A stretch of DNA of 64,000 nt from Anaeromyxobacteraceae bacterium (GCA_032654565.1 JAULAX010000015.1:192001-256000); one strand, 5' to 3'. Positions 18,659 to 30,084 are shown, counted from the stretch's first letter. Notes: generated by a model not told the origin, from the letters alone. A program made the numbers and translations.

Positions 18659-19660
18659 TCACAGAAGCTCGAGCTGGCTCCCCTCCCGCAGGGGCTCGGC
18701 CCGGATCCCCTCCCGGCAGAGGGCCGCCGCCAGCTCGTCGGTGCTGCCGTGGATGGTGAAGACCCGCGTGGCCCCGGTGGCCCGGGCGTAGCGGAGCAGC
18801 GACGGGTAGTCGCAGTGATCGGAGAGCGGGAAGGCGGCGTCCACCCCGCGGAACATCCGCTCGCCGTCGATGGCCCAGCCGGTCAGGGCGGCGGTGCGGC
18901 GGCGGCGCACCGACTTCATGGCCGGGCTCCAGGCCAGCTGCTGCGGCACCACCACCACCTCGCCGACCGCCACCCCCTCGGCGTCGAGCGGGCGGACCCC
19001 GGGCAGGTCCACGCCGTGGGCCTGGTAGATGCGGTTGATGCCGTGGACCACCGGGTGGCAGCGGCAGGCGTAGCCGGCCCCGGCCAGGTGGGCCAGGATC
19101 TCCTGGGCCTTGCCGAGGGCGTAGCCGTACAGGACCGGCGTGACGCCGTCGGAGAGGGCGTCGTCGCAGAACCGGCGGATGGCGGCCAGCGTCTCCTGCT
19201 TGGGCGGGAAGACGTAGCGGGGCAGGCCGAAGGTGGACTCCAGCACCAGCACGTCGCAGGGCATCACCTCGGCCGGCTCGGCGGCGCAGGGGGTGTCGGT
19301 GCAGAGGTCGCCGGTGTAGCCGAGCGTCCGGCCGTCCTCCAGCGTCACCTTGAGCTGGGCCGAGCCGAGCACGTGGCCGGCCGGGAAGAGCTCCAGGGTC
19401 TGGGTCCCCAGGCCGAAGGGCTGGCGGTAGGCCACCGGCAGCTGCTCGGCCTGGCAGACCCGCTTCGGCTCGCCGAGCCGGTGGTTCATCAGCGCCAGCG
19501 TGGCCGGGGTGGCGATGGTCCGGTCGTGGCGGCCGATGTGGTCGCCGTGGGCGTGGGAGACGAAGGCGCAGGGGGCCCGGCGGCGGGCGTCGAGGTGCAG
19601 GGCGGTGCCGGCGACGCGCAGCTCCCCGCGGTGCAGCTCGATGGGCGGCTGGGGCGGCAT
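18659..19660 (-). CDS. Metallo-beta-lactamase/beta-CASP-type nuclease (ligase-associated DNA-damage exonuclease-like)
   Basis: SHAHGDH, AGHVLGSA, YTGD, ESTFG, YALGKAQE, LSDHCDY, IHG. Confidence 0.85.
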   Translation of the reverse strand: MPPQPPIELHRGELRVAGTALHLDARRRAPCAFVSHAHGDHIGRHDRTIATPATLALMNHRLGEPKRVCQAEQLPVAYRQPFGLGTQTLELFPAGHVLGSAQLKVTLEDGRTLGYTGDLCTDTPCAAEPAEVMPCDVLVLESTFGLPRYVFPPKQETLAAIRRFCDDALSDGVTPVLYGYALGKAQEILAHLAGAGYACRCHPVVHGINRIYQAHGVDLPGVRPLDAEGVAVGEVVVVPQQLAWSPAMKSVRRRRTAALTGWAIDGERMFRGVDAAFPLSDHCDYPSLLRYARATGATRVFTIHGSTDELAAALCREGIRAEPLREGSQLELL

Positions 19661-19784
19661 GGGCTGGAGGATCTACACGGTGGGGCTGACGCGCGAGGCG
19701 GGGCGGGCGGCGGTTCGGACCCCGCGACATCGTCGCGCCCCGGCGGGGGTGGCCCTCCTCGGCTCGAAGTGCCACCATCCGCGC

Positions 19785-22700
19785 ATGGCTCCCCCTCGCA
19801 CCCGGCGTGTAGCGAAGAAGTCGGTGAAGAAGGCCACCGGCCCGGCTTCCAGCCGGTCCGCCCCCGCCGCCCGGGCCCCGGCCGCCGGCACGCGCAAGGC
19901 GCTCGGCACCAGCGCCCGCGCCGCCACCGGCGCCCGTCCCGGGGGCGCCGCGCGACCTGCGCCCGCCGCCGCCGGCTTCCCGGTGGTGGCGCTGGGGGCC
20001 TCGGCCGGTGGCCTGGAGGCCTACGAGGCCTTCTTCCGCAGCGTCCCGCCCGACCTGGGCATGGCCTACGTGGTGGTCTCGCACCTCGACCCCAGCCACG
20101 CCAGCATCCTCACCGAGATCGTGCAGCGTGCCACCAGCCTGCCGGCGGTGGAGGCCTCCGACGGGCTGGCGGTGGAGCCGAACCACATCTATGTGATCCC
20201 GCCCAACCGCGACCTGACCATCTTCCACGGCGCCCTGCAGCTCACCAGCCCGGAGCAGCCGCGCGGGCAGCGCATGCCCATCGACCTGTTCTTCCGCTCC
20301 CTCGCCGAGGACCAGGGCGAGCGGGCCATCGGCGTGGTGCTCTCCGGCACCGGCTCGGACGGAAGCCTGGGGCTGCGGGCCATCCTCGGGGCCGGCGGCG
20401 TCACCTTCGCCCAGTCGCCGGAGACCGCCAAGTACGACGGCATGCCGTCGAGCGCCATCCAGGCCGGCTACGCCACCCACGTGCTGCCGGTGGAGGAGAT
20501 GCCGGAGCTGATGCGCAAGGTGTCGCGCGCCTTCCAGCCGCAGCGGCCGCTGCCACCGGCACCGGCCGCCCTGCGCGGCCTGGGGCTGGTGCTGGCCACG
20601 CTGCGGGCCCGCACCGGCCACGACTTCACGCTCTACAAGAAGAGCACGGTGCTGCGCCGCATCGAGCGGCGCATGGTGCAGCACGATCTCTCCGACCTGG
20701 AGGTCTACGCCCGGTACCTGAAGGAGCACCCGGCCGAGGTCCAGGTGCTCTTCAAGGAGCTGCTCATCAACGTCACCAGCTTCTTCCGCGACCCGGAGGC
20801 CTTCGCGGTGCTGCAGCAGGACGTGCTCCCCGGGCTCTGCAAGGGCAAGGTCGAGGGCTCGGTCTTCCGGGCCTGGGTGGCCGGCTGCGCCACCGGCGAG
20901 GAGGCCTACTCCATCGCCATCCTGCTCCGCGAGCTGATGGACGAGCGCTCGCTCGACTTCAAGGTGAAGATCTACGCCACCGATCTCGACGACGACGCCG
21001 TCGCCCGGGCCCGGGTGGGCGCCTACCCACCGAGCATCGTCCAGGACGTGACCCCGGAGCGGCTGCGCCGCTTCTTCACCAAGGAGGAGGCCGGCTACCG
21101 GGTCAAGAAGGAGCTGCGCGAGATGGTGGTCTTCGCCACCCAGAACGTCCTCCGCGACCCGCCCTTCACCCGGCTCGACCTGCTCTCCTGCCGCAACCTG
21201 ATGATCTACCTGGAGCCCGAGGCCCAGGACCGGCTCATCTCCAGCTTCCACTACGCCCTGCGGCCCGGCGGGGTGCTCTTCCTCTCGCCCTCGGAGAGCA
21301 CCAGCCACCACGCCGACCTGTTCAAGCCCATCAACCGGAAGTGGACGCTCTTCCGCACCGTGGCCTCGGCGGCGGCCACCCGGGCCCTGCGGGCCGCCGT
21401 CCCTGCGCCCGCCCCCGCGGACACCGCCGCTTCCCAGGGGGGCGCCGGATCGGACCGCAAGCCCCGCGAGTCCAGCGTCGTGGAGCTGACCAACCGGGCG
21501 CTGCTGCGTTCCTTCGCCCCGGCCTCGGTGGCCACCGATCTGGCCGGAAACATCCTCTACGTGCATGGCGACACCGCCCCCTTCCTGCGCCCGGCGCCGG
21601 GCCAGGCCACGCTCAACGTCGTCGAGATGGCCCGCGGCGAGCTGCAGCAGGAGCTGCGGGCCGCCTTCCGCGCCGGCCTCCCCCGGGGCAAGTCGCCGCC
21701 CCGGCGCGAGGTCCAGCTCACCGTCGATGGCGGCCGCCGCACCGTCTGGTTCAGCCTGCACCCGCTCCAGCTCCCGGAGCGGAGCGAGGGGCTGGTGCTG
21801 GTGACCTTCCAGGAGGCGCCGTCGAAGCCGGCGGCGGGACGCGGCCCGGTCCGGCCCCTGGAGCGGGGCAAGGTGAAGGAGCTGGAGCGCGCCCTGGCCT
21901 CCTCCCGGGACTTCCTGCGCACCACGGTGGAGGAGCAGCAGGCCTCCACCGAGGAGCTGAAGTCGATGAACGAGGAGCTGCAGTCCACCAACGAGGAGCT
22001 GCAGTCCACCAACGAGGAGCTGGAGACCTCCAAGGAGGAGCTGCAGTCGGTGAACGAGGAGCTGGTGACCGTCAACGCCGAGCTCCAGTCCAAGATCGAG
22101 CAGCTGGCCGACATGCAGAACGACATGCGCAACCTGCTCGACAGCGTCAGCGCCGGCACCATCTTCCTCGACGACCAGCTCAACATCCGGCGCTTCAGCC
22201 GCGAGGCCACCCGGGTCTTCCGGCTGGTGGCCACCGACGTGGGGCGGCCGCTGCTCGACATCAAGACCGACCTGGAGGGGCTGGACCTGCTCGAGGTGGC
22301 CCGGGGGTGCTCGACTCGCTGGTCCCGTGGGAGCGGGAGGTGCGGTCGGTCCGTGGCGCCTTCTACCTGACCCGGCTCCAGCCCTACCGGACGCTCGACA
22401 ACGTCATCGCCGGGGTGGTGATCACCTTCACCGACATCTCCTCCCGGGTCACCGCCGAGACCGCGGTGCAGGAGGCCCGCCAGCTCTCCGAGAACATCGT
22501 CGACACGGTGCGCGAGCCGCTGCTGGTGCTCGACGGCAGGCTCCAGGTGGCCTCGGCCAGCCGCTCCTTCTTCCAGTACTTCAAGGTGGCGCCGGCCGAG
22601 ACCATCGGCCGGGTGGTCTTCGACCTCGGCAACCGGCAGTGGGACGTGCCGGCCCTGCGCGAGCTGCTGGAGAAGGTGCTGGCCCGCGACCTGGTCTTCG

Positions 22701-22876
22701 ACGGCTACGTGCTGGAGCACGACTTCCCCGTCATCGGGCGGCGCCGGCTGATCCTCAACGCCCGGCGGGTCGTGGGGCAGGGCGGCGAGACCCGGCGCAT
22801 CCTCCTGGCCATGGAGGACGACCGGGGGGCCCCAAGTGAGGACCCGGGGCTGCTCCGGATCCCCGTCGAATCGTGA
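19785..22876 (+). CDS. CheB methylesterase-CheR methyltransferase-PAS fusion, with a 1-nt frameshift at ~22303-22307
   Basis: GASAGG/SHLDP/GTGSDG CheB triad; LLINVTSFFRD, WVAGCATGEEAYS, DLLSCRNLMIY CheR; NEELQSTNEEL coiled coil. The PAS C-terminus continues in another frame (GVLDSLVPWERE...LLAMED). Confidence 0.88.
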
Positions 22877-22916
22877 AACACTGTCCCGGTGGAACGGCCC
22901 GCAAGGGGGGCTGGCG

Positions 22917-25385
22917 GTGAAGAAGCCGAAGCCAGGTGACCGCGCGGCGATTCGAGTGGAGGCGGAGGCGCGGTTCGCCCGCTTTCCGCCGGCCACCGCG
23001 TCGCGCCCGCCCTCCCAGGAGATCCAGCACGAGCTCGAAGTCCACCAGATCGAGCTGGAGATGCAGAACGAGGAGCTGCGGCTCGTCAAGGTCGCCCTCG
23101 AGGAGGCCCGCGACCAGTACCTGGAGCTCTGCGACCTGGCCCCCGTCGGCTATCTCACGGTCGGCGACGGCGAGCTGATCGAGGAGGTCAACCTGGCCGC
23201 CGCGGCGCTCCTGGGCCTCGACCGGGCCAGGCTCCGCGGCCGGCGCTTCGCCTCGGTGGTGGCGCCGGAGTGCGGTGCCGCCTGGCGCCACTTCCTCTCC
23301 GAGGTCAGGGAGGGCGAGGGCTCGCGCGACTGCGACCTCTCGCTGCAGCGGCGTGATGGCTCGGACTTCGAGGCCCACCTCACCGGCCAGCGCCACGAGG
23401 CGTCGGCGGCGGTGCGGCTGGTGCTCACCGACGTCACCTCCCAGAAGCGCGACGAGCGGGCGCTCCGGGAGAGCAAGCTGCGGCTCTCGCTGGTGCTGGA
23501 GGGGAGCGAGGAGGGGGCCTGGGACTGGCTGGTCGGCGAGACCCTGGTCACCGTGAGCCGGCGCTGGCGGGAGATCGTCGGCGCCGCGGGGAGCGGCGAG
23601 GAGAGCACCTACGCCAACCAGCTCTGGGTGGCGGCCATCCACCCCGAGGACTCGCTGCGGGTGCGGGCCGGCGTCGCCGCCCTGGTCCAGGGCACGCTGG
23701 CGCGCTACGACTTCGAGTACCGGCTCCAGCTCCCCGACGGCGCCTGGCGCTGGGTCCGCAGCCGGGCCCGGGCGGTGGTGCGCCACCCCGACGGCACCGC
23801 CCGCCGCATCTCCGGCACGCTCGCCGACATCACCGAGCGCAAGGAGGCGGAGGCGGCGCTGCGGCGGAGCCAGGACCGGTTCCGCGCCCTCATCGACAAG
23901 GGGACTGACCTGATCATGGTGGTCGATCAGGAGGGGCGCTTCCTCTTCGTCAGCCCCAGCGCCACCGAGTGCCTGGGCTGGTCCGACCAGGAGCTGGTGG
24001 GGAAGACCGCCTTCGACCTGGTCCACCCCGACGACCTGGCCCGCCTGTCCGGGACCCTCGCCGAGGGCGTCGGCATTCCCGGCGCCACCCGCAGCGCCCT
24101 GTTCCGCGCCCATCACCGGGACGGGAGCTGGCGGCTGCTCGAGGCCACCGGCCGGAACCTGCTCGGCGACCCGGCGGTGCAGGGGGTGGTGATCAACGCC
24201 CGCGACGTCACCGAGCAGCACCGGCTGGAGGAGCGGGTCCAGGCCACGCAGAAGCTGGAGAGCGTCGGCCGGCTGGCCGGCGGCGTGGCCCATGACTTCA
24301 ACAACCTGCTCACCGTGGTCCTCTCCGGCGTCGAGGAGCTGAAGCGGAACCTCGAGGAGAAGGTCCCCGTCGAGCGGGAGCTGGTGGAGGACATCGGCGC
24401 GGCCGGGGTGCGGGCCCGCAACCTGACCCGGCAGCTGCTGGCCTTCGCCCGCAAGCAGGTGGTGGCCCCGGTGGCCACCGACCTGAACGAGGTGGTGCGG
24501 GGGGCCGAGAGCATGCTCCGCCGCGTCCTGCGCGAGGACGTCGAGCTCACGGTGACGCTGCAGCCCGGGCTCTGGCGCACCTTCTGCGACCCCGGCCAGA
24601 TGGAGCAGGTGCTGATGAACCTGGTGGTCAACTCGCGCGACGCCATCGCCGGCCGCGGCCAGCTCACCATCGAGACCCAGAACTCCAACGTTCCCCTGGC
24701 CGAGGACTCCGAGCAGCAGGCCGGGCAGTGGGTGCGGCTGGTGGTGCGCGACTCGGGGTGCGGCATGTCGACGGAGGTCAAGGCCCACCTCTTCGAGCCC
24801 TTCTTCACCACCAAGGAGCAGGGGAAGGGGACGGGGCTCGGCCTGGCCACCATTTACGGCATCGTCCACCAGGCGGGCGGTCACCTGCACGTGCGGAGCG
24901 AGCCGGGCCAGGGGACCACCTTCGTGGTCTGCCTGCCCCGCCACCTCGCGGACGCCGCGCCGGTGGAGGCGGCGGAAGCGGCGACGGGGACGTCGCTGGC
25001 GAACGCGGCCCGCGGCTCGGAGACCATCCTGGTGGTCGAGGACGAGCCGAGCATCCGCAAGGTGGTGCTCCGGGTGCTGGAGGGGGCCGGCTACCGGGTG
25101 CTGCTGGTGCCCGACGGCGCCGCGGTGCGGGCGCTCGGCGACGAGCAGGTGGCCGGGCTCCAGCTGCTGCTCACCGACGTCATCATGCCGGGGCTGAGCG
25201 GCGTCGAGGTGGCGCGGGAGGTTCGCCAGCGCCACCCCGGCCTGCCGGTGCTCTACATGTCCGGCTACGCCCAGGACGCCTTCGCCGGGAACAGCGCCGT
25301 CGAGGCCGGGGTGCAGGTCCTGCCCAAGCCCTTCACGCCGGCGGTGCTGCTCTCGCGGGTCCGGCCCCTCCTCGACGGGGAGTGA
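22917..25385 (+). CDS. PAS-domain hybrid sensor histidine kinase/response regulator
   Basis: [17 protein letters not shown], three PAS/PAC units, [45 protein letters not shown]-terminal receiver ([12 protein letters not shown]). Confidence 0.93.
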   Translation: MKKPKPGDRAAIRVEAEARFARFPPATASRPPSQEIQHELEVHQIELEMQNEELRLVKVALEEARDQYLELCDLAPVGYLTVGDGELIEEVNLAAAALLGLDRARLRGRRFASVVAPECGAAWRHFLSEVREGEGSRDCDLSLQRRDGSDFEAHLTGQRHEASAAVRLVLTDVTSQKRDERALRESKLRLSLVLEGSEEGAWDWLVGETLVTVSRRWREIVGAAGSGEESTYANQLWVAAIHPEDSLRVRAGVAALVQGTLARYDFEYRLQLPDGAWRWVRSRARAVVRHPDGTARRISGTLADITERKEAEAALRRSQDRFRALIDKGTDLIMVVDQEGRFLFVSPSATECLGWSDQELVGKTAFDLVHPDDLARLSGTLAEGVGIPGATRSALFRAHHRDGSWRLLEATGRNLLGDPAVQGVVINARDVTEQHRLEERVQATQKLESVGRLAGGVAHDFNNLLTVVLSGVEELKRNLEEKVPVERELVEDIGAAGVRARNLTRQLLAFARKQVVAPVATDLNEVVRGAESMLRRVLREDVELTVTLQPGLWRTFCDPGQMEQVLMNLVVNSRDAIAGRGQLTIETQNSNVPLAEDSEQQAGQWVRLVVRDSGCGMSTEVKAHLFEPFFTTKEQGKGTGLGLATIYGIVHQAGGHLHVRSEPGQGTTFVVCLPRHLADAAPVEAAEAATGTSLANAARGSETILVVEDEPSIRKVVLRVLEGAGYRVLLVPDGAAVRALGDEQVAGLQLLLTDVIMPGLSGVEVAREVRQRHPGLPVLYMSGYAQDAFAGNSAVEAGVQVLPKPFTPAVLLSRVRPLLDGE

Positions 25386-25449
25386 CAGCGCCCCTCGCCT
25401 GGCCCGCGCCGCGGCGGGGATCGGTCGAGCCGTGCGGCTCGCTGAGGAC

Positions 25450-26637
25450 TCAGGTGGCGCGGGTGGCGGCGGCGAAGGCGCTGGCGTCGTCGGCCGGACC
25501 GGCGGCGGCGATGCGGGTGCCGGCCAGGACGCGGATGCGGGTGCCGCGCCAGTCGACGGTGCTGCGCACCAGGCCGCGGGCCCAGGCCAGAGCGTAGACC
25601 AGGTCCTTGAGCGGCACCAGGGCGAGCTGGAGCAGGCGGAAGCCGCCGGGGCGCAGGGCCCGGCCGCAGGCGCCGTCGAGGCAGGCCTTGCCGGCCGAGA
25701 GGGCGCACAGGGCGGCCAGGGTGAAGGCGCCGGGCTCGGCGGCCAGCGCCGCCGCCGCCAGCAGCACCGGGTTGAGGCAGGCCTGGGAGAGGTGGACGAA
25801 GCGCCCGGTGACGGTCCGGTTGAGCACCGCCCAGCGGCCGTAGCGGGCCACGAAGTCGCCGACGCCGCGCCGGACGCTGACGTTCTGGATGGGGCGCCGG
25901 GCCAGCACCACCTTCTTGCCCAGCACCCGCGAGACCATCCGCCCCAGCACGAAGTCCTCGGCCAGCACGTCCTTGGCCGCCTCGAAGCCGCCCAGCGCCG
26001 CCAGGTCCTCGCGCCGGAACGCCATGGACTTGCCCACCACGATGTCCAGCCCGGCCAGCGCCTGGGCCGCCACCACCCCCGGGGCCACGCTGCCGGCCAG
26101 GTGGAGGTGGTCGAAGAGCGAGCCGAGCCGGCGCTCGCCGACCCCGGCGATGGCGTGGGTCACCAGCCCCACCGCGGGGTCCTCGAGCAGCGCCGCGATC
26201 TCGGAGAGGTAGCCCGGCTCCACCCGCACGTTGGAGTCGCTCACCACGAGCAGCGGGTGGCGGGCGGCCCGGGCCAGGGTGATGAGCTGGTTCACCTTGG
26301 GGTTGAGCCCCGGCTCGCCGCGCTGGACGACCAGCCGGAAGCGGCCGGGGAAGCGGGCCTGGAAGCGGCGGGCCACCGGGCAGGCGGCGTCGTCCGTGCT
26401 GCGTACCCCGAGCAGCACCTCGTAGTCCGGCCAGTCGAGCGCCGCGAAGCAGGCCAGGTTCTGCTCCAGCTCGTCGTCGACGCCGCAGAGCGGCTTGAGC
26501 ACCGAGATGCCGGGTCGGCCCCGCGGCACCGCCACCGGGGCCCGCAGGTGGCGGCGCAGGGCGATGAGCTGGGCGAGGAGCAGCAGGGTGCCGGCGGCGG
26601 CGGCGGCCAGCAGGGTCAGCGCGAGCGCGTGGGCCAT
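25450..26637 (-). CDS. GT2/GT21 glycosyltransferase (ceramide glucosyltransferase / HpnI-like)
   Basis: [38 protein letters not shown]- and C-terminal TM segments. Confidence 0.85.
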   Translation of the reverse strand: MAHALALTLLAAAAAGTLLLLAQLIALRRHLRAPVAVPRGRPGISVLKPLCGVDDELEQNLACFAALDWPDYEVLLGVRSTDDAACPVARRFQARFPGRFRLVVQRGEPGLNPKVNQLITLARAARHPLLVVSDSNVRVEPGYLSEIAALLEDPAVGLVTHAIAGVGERRLGSLFDHLHLAGSVAPGVVAAQALAGLDIVVGKSMAFRREDLAALGGFEAAKDVLAEDFVLGRMVSRVLGKKVVLARRPIQNVSVRRGVGDFVARYGRWAVLNRTVTGRFVHLSQACLNPVLLAAAALAAEPGAFTLAALCALSAGKACLDGACGRALRPGGFRLLQLALVPLKDLVYALAWARGLVRSTVDWRGTRIRVLAGTRIAAAGPADDASAFAAATRAT

Positions 26638-26757
26638 GCGGGGAGGCTGCCCGGGCCGTGCGACGGAACGGCGAACGGCCTGCGACGATCCTGCGAACTT
26701 CGGGTGAGCTCACGCCCGGCCGTGTGTCGAAGGCCCGCGAGCCTCGAGTCACCGTCA

Positions 26758-26814
26758 CCACGGCGAGTCGAAGCTCCGCACCCGCTGGTTTAACGCCCCC
26801 ACGGCGAGTCGAAG
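26758..26814. repeat. 16-bp direct repeat duplicating the 3' end of the adjacent gene
   Basis: ccacggcgagtcgaag at 26758-26773 and 26799-26814. Confidence 0.85.
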
Positions 26815-27620
26815 GACCAGACCGCGTCGACGAGCGGCAGCGCCACCGAGGTGCGGGTGCCGTAGGGGAACCGGGCCCAGGACCAGGTGGCGCCGGCGTG
26901 GACCTCGAAGCCGGGGCGCGGGCGCCAGGTGGCCACCACGCTCCACTCCACCGCCCGGTCCCCCTTCAGCCCGGGGAAGTAGAAGCCGTCCAGCGTGACC
27001 CGGTAGCCGAAGGTGCCGGCGATGGGCCCCTGGGCGGCCACGCCCCCGTCGACGCTCCAGCCGGTGAACCAGGCCGCCATGCGCGGCCAGGCGTAGTGCC
27101 ACTCGACCTGGCTCCAGAACCTGGGCCCGTCCCAGGCGGTCAGGTTCCTGGCCAGCGTCCCGCCGGCCCGGGCCGAGACCAGGTGGCCGCCGGGCAGCTC
27201 GCGGGTGGCGAGCAGGTGGCTGGCGAAGGCGACGATGTGCGGGTAGGTGACGTCGGAGGGGACGATGCCGCCGGTCCCCTCCCGGGCCAGCAGCCGCATC
27301 AGCGGCGTCGGGTAGGCGAGGCCATGCTCGCTGGCCCACTCCAGCCCGGCCGCCCGGCCCCAGCCCACCCGCAGCGCGGCGTTGGAGACGACCAGCATCC
27401 AGAGCGGATGGGCGGAGAGCTCGAGCCGGTCGGCGACGCCCCAGCGGAGCGGGGCGAAGACCCCCAGCTCCATGCGGCCGGGCGCCACCAGCCGGGCGGT
27501 GTCGGGGGCGAAGCGGGCCGGGGTGAGGTCGGGCGGGGGCTCGTCGGCGAGCGCGCCTGCGGGCCCGGAGGTCAGCGCGGCGGCGAGGAACAGCAGCGCG
27601 GCGAGCCCGCGGGCGGTCAC
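26790..27620 (-). CDS. Secreted, probably outer-membrane beta-strand protein, hypothetical
   Basis: GTG start overlaps the EEP stop; signal peptide (LAALLFLAAALTSGPAGALA); Trp/aromatic amphipathic strands; ends LVDAVWSFDSPWGR. Confidence 0.7.
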   Translation of the reverse strand: MTARGLAALLFLAAALTSGPAGALADEPPPDLTPARFAPDTARLVAPGRMELGVFAPLRWGVADRLELSAHPLWMLVVSNAALRVGWGRAAGLEWASEHGLAYPTPLMRLLAREGTGGIVPSDVTYPHIVAFASHLLATRELPGGHLVSARAGGTLARNLTAWDGPRFWSQVEWHYAWPRMAAWFTGWSVDGGVAAQGPIAGTFGYRVTLDGFYFPGLKGDRAVEWSVVATWRPRPGFEVHAGATWSWARFPYGTRTSVALPLVDAVWSFDSPWGR

Positions 27621-28687
27621 GGCCCCACCACCCAGTCGGCCACCACCGGCACGTGGTCGGAGAGCAGCAGCGCCTCCTGCCGGACCCGGACGCTGCCCGG
27701 CGCCCAGGCGCGGTTGGTGAAGAGGTGGTCGAGCTTGCGGTTGAGCGGGAAGGCCTCGTCGCCCACGAAGGTGTACCAGGGGACCGGGTCGGCCCCGAAG
27801 GCCGCCGCGGTGACGTCGGGGGTGTAGGCGGCGTAGAGCGGGTCGAGCCAGGTCTCCTCGCCGGTGTAGGCGTCGGGGGCGAAGCGGCCGTCGGTGCAGG
27901 CGGCGTCCTCGGGGAAGCCGGCGCGGAGCGGGCTGGTGGGCGGGATGGAGTTGAGGTCGCCGCCGCCCAGCACCGGCAGGCCGCGGGCTGAGAGGTCGTC
28001 GAGCAGCGCCTTGAAGCGGCGCAGGTGCTCGAGCTTGGTGCCGTCTTTGGCGAAGGCCTCGGCGTGCAGGTCCACCACCGCCAGCTCGCCCAGCCCCGGC
28101 ACCGCCAGGTGGACCTCCAGCATGTTCCGCTTCAGGTAGAAGTAGCGCTCCAGCGCCGAGATGTCGGTCTGCAGCGGCAGGGCGTGGCGGGTGGCCGAGG
28201 CGATGGGCCAGCGGGAGAGCACGGCGTTGCCGGTGTCGATGGGCCCCTGGCCGTCGGAGGGGATGTAGTCGGCCTTCCACTGCGAGGCGTAGGCGGCGTG
28301 GTTGAGACCGCTGCCGTCGAGCAAGAGCTGCACCTGGTCCACGTACGCCGACCGCTTGGAGGCGCCGGTGTCCACCTCCTGGAGCAGCACGATGTCTGGG
28401 TCGAGCGACTTCAGGAAGGCGGCCAGCGCCCCGACGTTGCCGCGCACCTCGGCCTCGGTCATCAGCACGCGGGTGCCGCGGCACTCCCAGAAGAAGCGCA
28501 GCCGGGCCCCGCCGTACTTGACGTTCCAGGTGACCACCCGCAGCGGCCCGGCCGGGGCCGGCTCGGGGCCGGGGCGGCTGGCCCGGTAGAGGACCGCCCG
28601 CTCGGTGTCCTGGAAGCCGGTGTTGAAGGGGTCGCAGGCGGCCAGCAGCGCGAGCGCGACGAAGAGGTGCTGGCTGCGACGGGCCAT
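27617..28687 (-). CDS. Endonuclease/exonuclease/phosphatase (EEP) family lipoprotein
   Basis: Lipobox LLAAC; RVVTWNVK, DIVLLQEVD, GNAVLSRWPI, LHAEAF, GGDLN, KLDHLF, SDHVPV. Confidence 0.9.
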   Translation of the reverse strand: MARRSQHLFVALALLAACDPFNTGFQDTERAVLYRASRPGPEPAPAGPLRVVTWNVKYGGARLRFFWECRGTRVLMTEAEVRGNVGALAAFLKSLDPDIVLLQEVDTGASKRSAYVDQVQLLLDGSGLNHAAYASQWKADYIPSDGQGPIDTGNAVLSRWPIASATRHALPLQTDISALERYFYLKRNMLEVHLAVPGLGELAVVDLHAEAFAKDGTKLEHLRRFKALLDDLSARGLPVLGGGDLNSIPPTSPLRAGFPEDAACTDGRFAPDAYTGEETWLDPLYAAYTPDVTAAAFGADPVPWYTFVGDEAFPLNRKLDHLFTNRAWAPGSVRVRQEALLLSDHVPVVADWVVGP

Positions 28688-28762
28688 GCGGCTTCCTCCC
28701 CACGCGGAGACGAGGTGGCCACGACAGGGTATCTTGTTTGCCTTTCCCGTGAGGAGAACCCG

Positions 28763-30079
28763 ATGCGCTACGACCCCCTCCGCGACCTCCCCGCCACCCC
28801 CGGCTGGAAGCCCGGCGACGTGCTGGTCGTCTTCGGCGAGCTCTTCGGCCGCGGCTACGCCAACGGCATCGTCGACGAGGCGCGACGGGCGGGGATGACG
28901 CTGGTGGGCGCCACCGTGGGCCGGCGCGACGGGAGCGACGGCCCCCTGCGCCCCCTCAACGGCGAGGAGCTGGCGGTGGCCGAGGCCAACCTGGGCGGCC
29001 GGATCGTCAACGTGCCGCTGGAGGCCGGCTTCGATCTCGAGGCGGTGGACGGCGCCCCCTCGCCCGCCGAGCAGCTGAAGCGGCTCAAGGGGGAGAACTG
29101 GCGCGACCTGACCTTCGACCAGGCGGCCCTGGCGGCCTCGCGGGCGGCCGGCGCGGCGCGCTTCGAGCGGAACGCCGCCGCCTTCGCGGCCGAGCTGGCC
29201 ACGCTGGTGCCGGCCGGCGCCAACCTGCTCATCGTCCACACCATGGCCGGCGGCGTGCCGCGGGTCCGCTCGCTGCTGCCGCTGATGACGCGCCTCTTCC
29301 GCGGCACCGGCGAGAAGCACCTGGCCTCCGGCCCGGTCTGGGAGACCGAGCTGGGGCGGCTCTGGGGCTCGAGCTTCGAGGAGGTGACGGCGCGCACCTT
29401 CCAGCGGCTGGTGGCCGCCACCGCCCCGCTGCGGACGCCGGGCCGGCGGGTGCGCTACGTGGCCTACGGCTACCACGGCTGCGAGGTGCTGGTGGGCGGC
29501 CGGCTCACCTGGCAGAGCTACACCCCGTACCTGCAGGGCTGGGCCAAGAAGCAGCTCGAGCAGCACGCCGAGGAGGCCTGGCGCGACGGGGTGCGCTGCA
29601 CCGTCTTCAACTCGCCGGAGATCTGGACCAACTCCAGCGCCCTGTTCAGCGGCGTCGAGCTCTCGCTCTACCCGCTGCTCACCGCCATCCGCGAGGCCGG
29701 CCGCGCCGCGGGGGGCGCGGGGACGGCAGCTGCCGATGCCGTCTGGGCGCGCTGCCGGGCCCTGCTCAAGGAGGGGACCACGCTGGAGGCGATGCTGGCG
29801 CGGGCCGACCGCTTCCTCGCCGACCCGGTGCTGGCCCCGTTCCGCGATCTCGCCGGGTGGCCACACCACTCCACGCGCGAGGAGATGGAGCTGATGCTGC
29901 CGGCCGCCGACGAGGTGCTGGCCTTCAGCGCCGACCAGAAGGAGACCGTGGCCGGCGAGCTCTCGCGCCAGGTCTTCGGCGCCGTCGGCCGGCTCATGCT
30001 GGCGGAGGCCTGGGAGCCGGCGTCGCCGGTCCGCTGGCTCAACCACGACGTGATCGCGAAGCGGGTGGTGACGGGGTAG
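28763..30079 (+). CDS. fabMG: FabMG-type enoyl-ACP reductase
   Basis: GDVLVVFGELFGRGYANG, TVGRRD, NVPLEAGFDL, HTMAGGVPR, YVAYGYHG, WQSYTPYLQGWAK, FNSPEIWTNSS, WLNHD; GAGGAG RBS. Confidence 0.75.
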   Translation: MRYDPLRDLPATPGWKPGDVLVVFGELFGRGYANGIVDEARRAGMTLVGATVGRRDGSDGPLRPLNGEELAVAEANLGGRIVNVPLEAGFDLEAVDGAPSPAEQLKRLKGENWRDLTFDQAALAASRAAGAARFERNAAAFAAELATLVPAGANLLIVHTMAGGVPRVRSLLPLMTRLFRGTGEKHLASGPVWETELGRLWGSSFEEVTARTFQRLVAATAPLRTPGRRVRYVAYGYHGCEVLVGGRLTWQSYTPYLQGWAKKQLEQHAEEAWRDGVRCTVFNSPEIWTNSSALFSGVELSLYPLLTAIREAGRAAGGAGTAAADAVWARCRALLKEGTTLEAMLARADRFLADPVLAPFRDLAGWPHHSTREEMELMLPAADEVLAFSADQKETVAGELSRQVFGAVGRLMLAEAWEPASPVRWLNHDVIAKRVVTG

Positions 30080-30084
30080 CGGGG

